The notes beneath the pieces were generated by a model. The model was not told where the DNA came from and ran no database searches. It saw only the letters and a program-made list of their open reading frames with translations. Made by a program: the position numbers and the translations under genes. Positions 62,501 through 64,000 of a DNA stretch of 64,000 bases are shown here, piece after piece. Position 1 is the stretch's first letter; each line of letters opens with the position of its first letter. The stretch comes from an uncultured Actinomycetes bacterium (GTDB lineage Bacteria; Actinomycetota; Actinomycetes; Streptosporangiales; Streptosporangiaceae): contig CAVQNH010000007.1 in NCBI GenBank assembly GCA_963713815.1, positions 90 through 64,089 on the forward strand, in the 5' to 3' direction.

Positions 62501-63919
62501 CTACCCGCCGCTGTTGGCCAGGAGTGTGTTGACGTTGCCCGCTGCCTCTGAGAGCAGCTTGCTGTAATCAGGGTTGGGTTCGGTGAGCGCGTCGAGCATC
62601 GGCGTGTTCAACGCCGCGTACAGCGCCTGGGCGTCGGGCGGCTCGCCCATGCCCTTCTCGCGCGCGGCGGCGAACGTCGAGTAGTAGGACGTGTGGATCG
62701 TGGCGCTGGCCTCCAGCAGCTTCTGGTTCTTCTGCTGGGTGGCGCCGGTGAACAGCTGCGGCTCGGGGAAGCCGACCGGGAACCCGTCGGCCTTCTGCCG
62801 CGCGTAGTTGAACTGGCCCAGGCCGGGCGTCAGGTCCTCGAAGTTGAGCCACTTGATGCCGGCCCGGATCTGGGCCGGCGTGTCGCTCTTCGCGAACATG
62901 TAGCCGTTGCCACCCGACAGCGAGCCCGCGGGGGTGCCGCTGGTGCTGGGCAGCGGGCCCATGCCGTAGTCGTTCACGTTGCCGTGGTCGACCGGGACGA
63001 TGGTGTTGTAGATGTCGTCAGGTGCCGCGATGTACATCCCGAGCTTGTTGGCGGCGATCTGCTGCTGCAGGGTGCCCCAGGCGAGCTGCTGATTCGGGCT
63101 CATGCTGTGGTCGACGAACCGCATCTGGTGCAGGGCCTGCAGGATCGCTGTGGCCTGCGGCGCGTTGGCCGAGTTGTTGAAGGCCGCCTGGCCGTTGGCG
63201 CCCACGATCTGGCCGCCCATCGCGTCCACCTCGGAGGTGAAGTGCCAGCCGCCGACGGGGCTCGCACTGTAGTCGCCGTAGCCGTAGATGCCGTGGCCGA
63301 GAGCGGCGATCGCCTTGGAGTCCTTCTCCACCTCGGCCCAGGTGGTCGGGGGCGTGTTGGGGTCGAGCCCGGCCCGGGTGAACAGCGCCCTGTTGATGAC
63401 CATGCCCTGCGTGTAGTTGGACGTCGGCAGCCCGTAGAGCGTCTTGCCCGCGGTTTCCGCGGCCATCGCCGTCGGGACGATGTCGTGCAGGGCCGGGACC
63501 GTCTTGGTGTTCACGTAGGAGGTGATGTCGGCGGCCTGGCCTGCGTCGAGGACCTGGTTGAGGTCGGTGAAGTAGGCGTAGAAGAGGTTGGTCTCGGTGC
63601 CCGCCTTGAGCGTGGCGGTGAACTGGGCCGGGACCTCACACTGGCCGGTGTAGGTGACGCTCTTGATGGTGATGTTGGGGTTGGCCTTCTCGAAGGCGGC
63701 GACGTCCTCGTTCCACTCCTTGCGCTGAGCGGTCGCGGTGGCCGGCGGCTCGCAGTTGACGCTGATGGTCACGTGGCCATCGCCCGAGGCGCCGGAAGAG
63801 CCGCTGCTTGAGCACGCGGCGGCGGCGAGGCCCAGAGCCGCCACGGCGGCGACCCCGGCGATCGTCCGGTGGCCGGGCCGCCGGTAGAGCTGTCTGCTGG
63901 TGGTGCCAAATCTCTTCAT
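62501..63919 (-). CDS. malE: Extracellular sugar-binding lipoprotein of an ABC importer (MalE/AglE-like)
   Basis: Signal peptide plus lipobox: IAGVAAVAALGLAAAACSSSGSSG. It has the length typical of family-1 solute-binding proteins. Gene order matches the Streptomyces malEFG-aglA arrangement. Confidence 0.85.
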   Translation of the reverse strand: MKRFGTTSRQLYRRPGHRTIAGVAAVAALGLAAAACSSSGSSGASGDGHVTISVNCEPPATATAQRKEWNEDVAAFEKANPNITIKSVTYTGQCEVPAQFTATLKAGTETNLFYAYFTDLNQVLDAGQAADITSYVNTKTVPALHDIVPTAMAAETAGKTLYGLPTSNYTQGMVINRALFTRAGLDPNTPPTTWAEVEKDSKAIAALGHGIYGYGDYSASPVGGWHFTSEVDAMGGQIVGANGQAAFNNSANAPQATAILQALHQMRFVDHSMSPNQQLAWGTLQQQIAANKLGMYIAAPDDIYNTIVPVDHGNVNDYGMGPLPSTSGTPAGSLSGGNGYMFAKSDTPAQIRAGIKWLNFEDLTPGLGQFNYARQKADGFPVGFPEPQLFTGATQQKNQKLLEASATIHTSYYSTFAAAREKGMGEPPDAQALYAALNTPMLDALTEPNPDYSKLLSEAAGNVNTLLANSGG

Positions 63920-64000
63920 GACGACCTCGATGTCGGGTGGAGCGGCGAGTGGTCGGGGGGTGATGTGAGCTCCGTCACCAGGTACCGCAGACGGTATATG

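Overview
High-GC actinobacterial chromosomal segment; most 60-nt lines I hand-counted exceed 70% G+C. The gene content (WhiJ-type XRE/DUF397/ATPase triad, F420 Ddn-like enzymes, malEFG-aglA, ECF sigmas) suggests a mycelial actinomycete. I support about 55 protein-coding genes and saw no rRNA, tRNA, CRISPR array, transposase or integrase.

Main blocks, in order:
- EamA transporter with a divergent GlxA/AraC regulator.
- ECF sigma/anti-sigma pair.
- A decayed, lower-GC variable region (3.6-10.8 kb) with gene relics and three orphan genes.
- RlmA-type rRNA methyltransferase.
- GntR, MFS and ECF-sigma genes.
- A putative IclR-controlled catabolic cluster at 18.4-29.7 kb: PanE-like reductase, double GlcG/DUF336, two SDRs, IclR, CMD, FAH, and a Liv-type ABC importer.
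- GH65 phosphorylase with a relic HAD gene.
- NUDIX and tandem-USP genes.
- FMN reductase and a fused 5-oxoprolinase.
- Sugar-porter MFS and two Ddn-like F420 enzymes.
- A LAS-peptidase-like gene paired with an AsnB-like gene.
- WhiJ-like triad.
- GH3 beta-glucosidase with a ricin lectin domain.
- CocE/NonD hydrolase with a divergent TetR.
- An operon of two kinases plus one NarL-type regulator.
- malEFG-aglA.

Two window-wide signals are not explained by ordinary annotation:
1. At least 16 locus-specific short-period tandem arrays (mostly 13-15 bp units). They sit almost only in intergenic spacers, at protein termini and in inter-domain linkers. Two lie at the same structural loop of two paralogous histidine-kinase genes.
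2. Seven single-base frame disruptions, all at short G/C runs, in otherwise intact genes. These are more likely consensus indels than true pseudogenes.

Many long ORFs in the supplied track are Arg/Gly/Pro-rich shadow frames of real genes and were not called. All calls rest on hand translation and motif recognition only. No searches were run.
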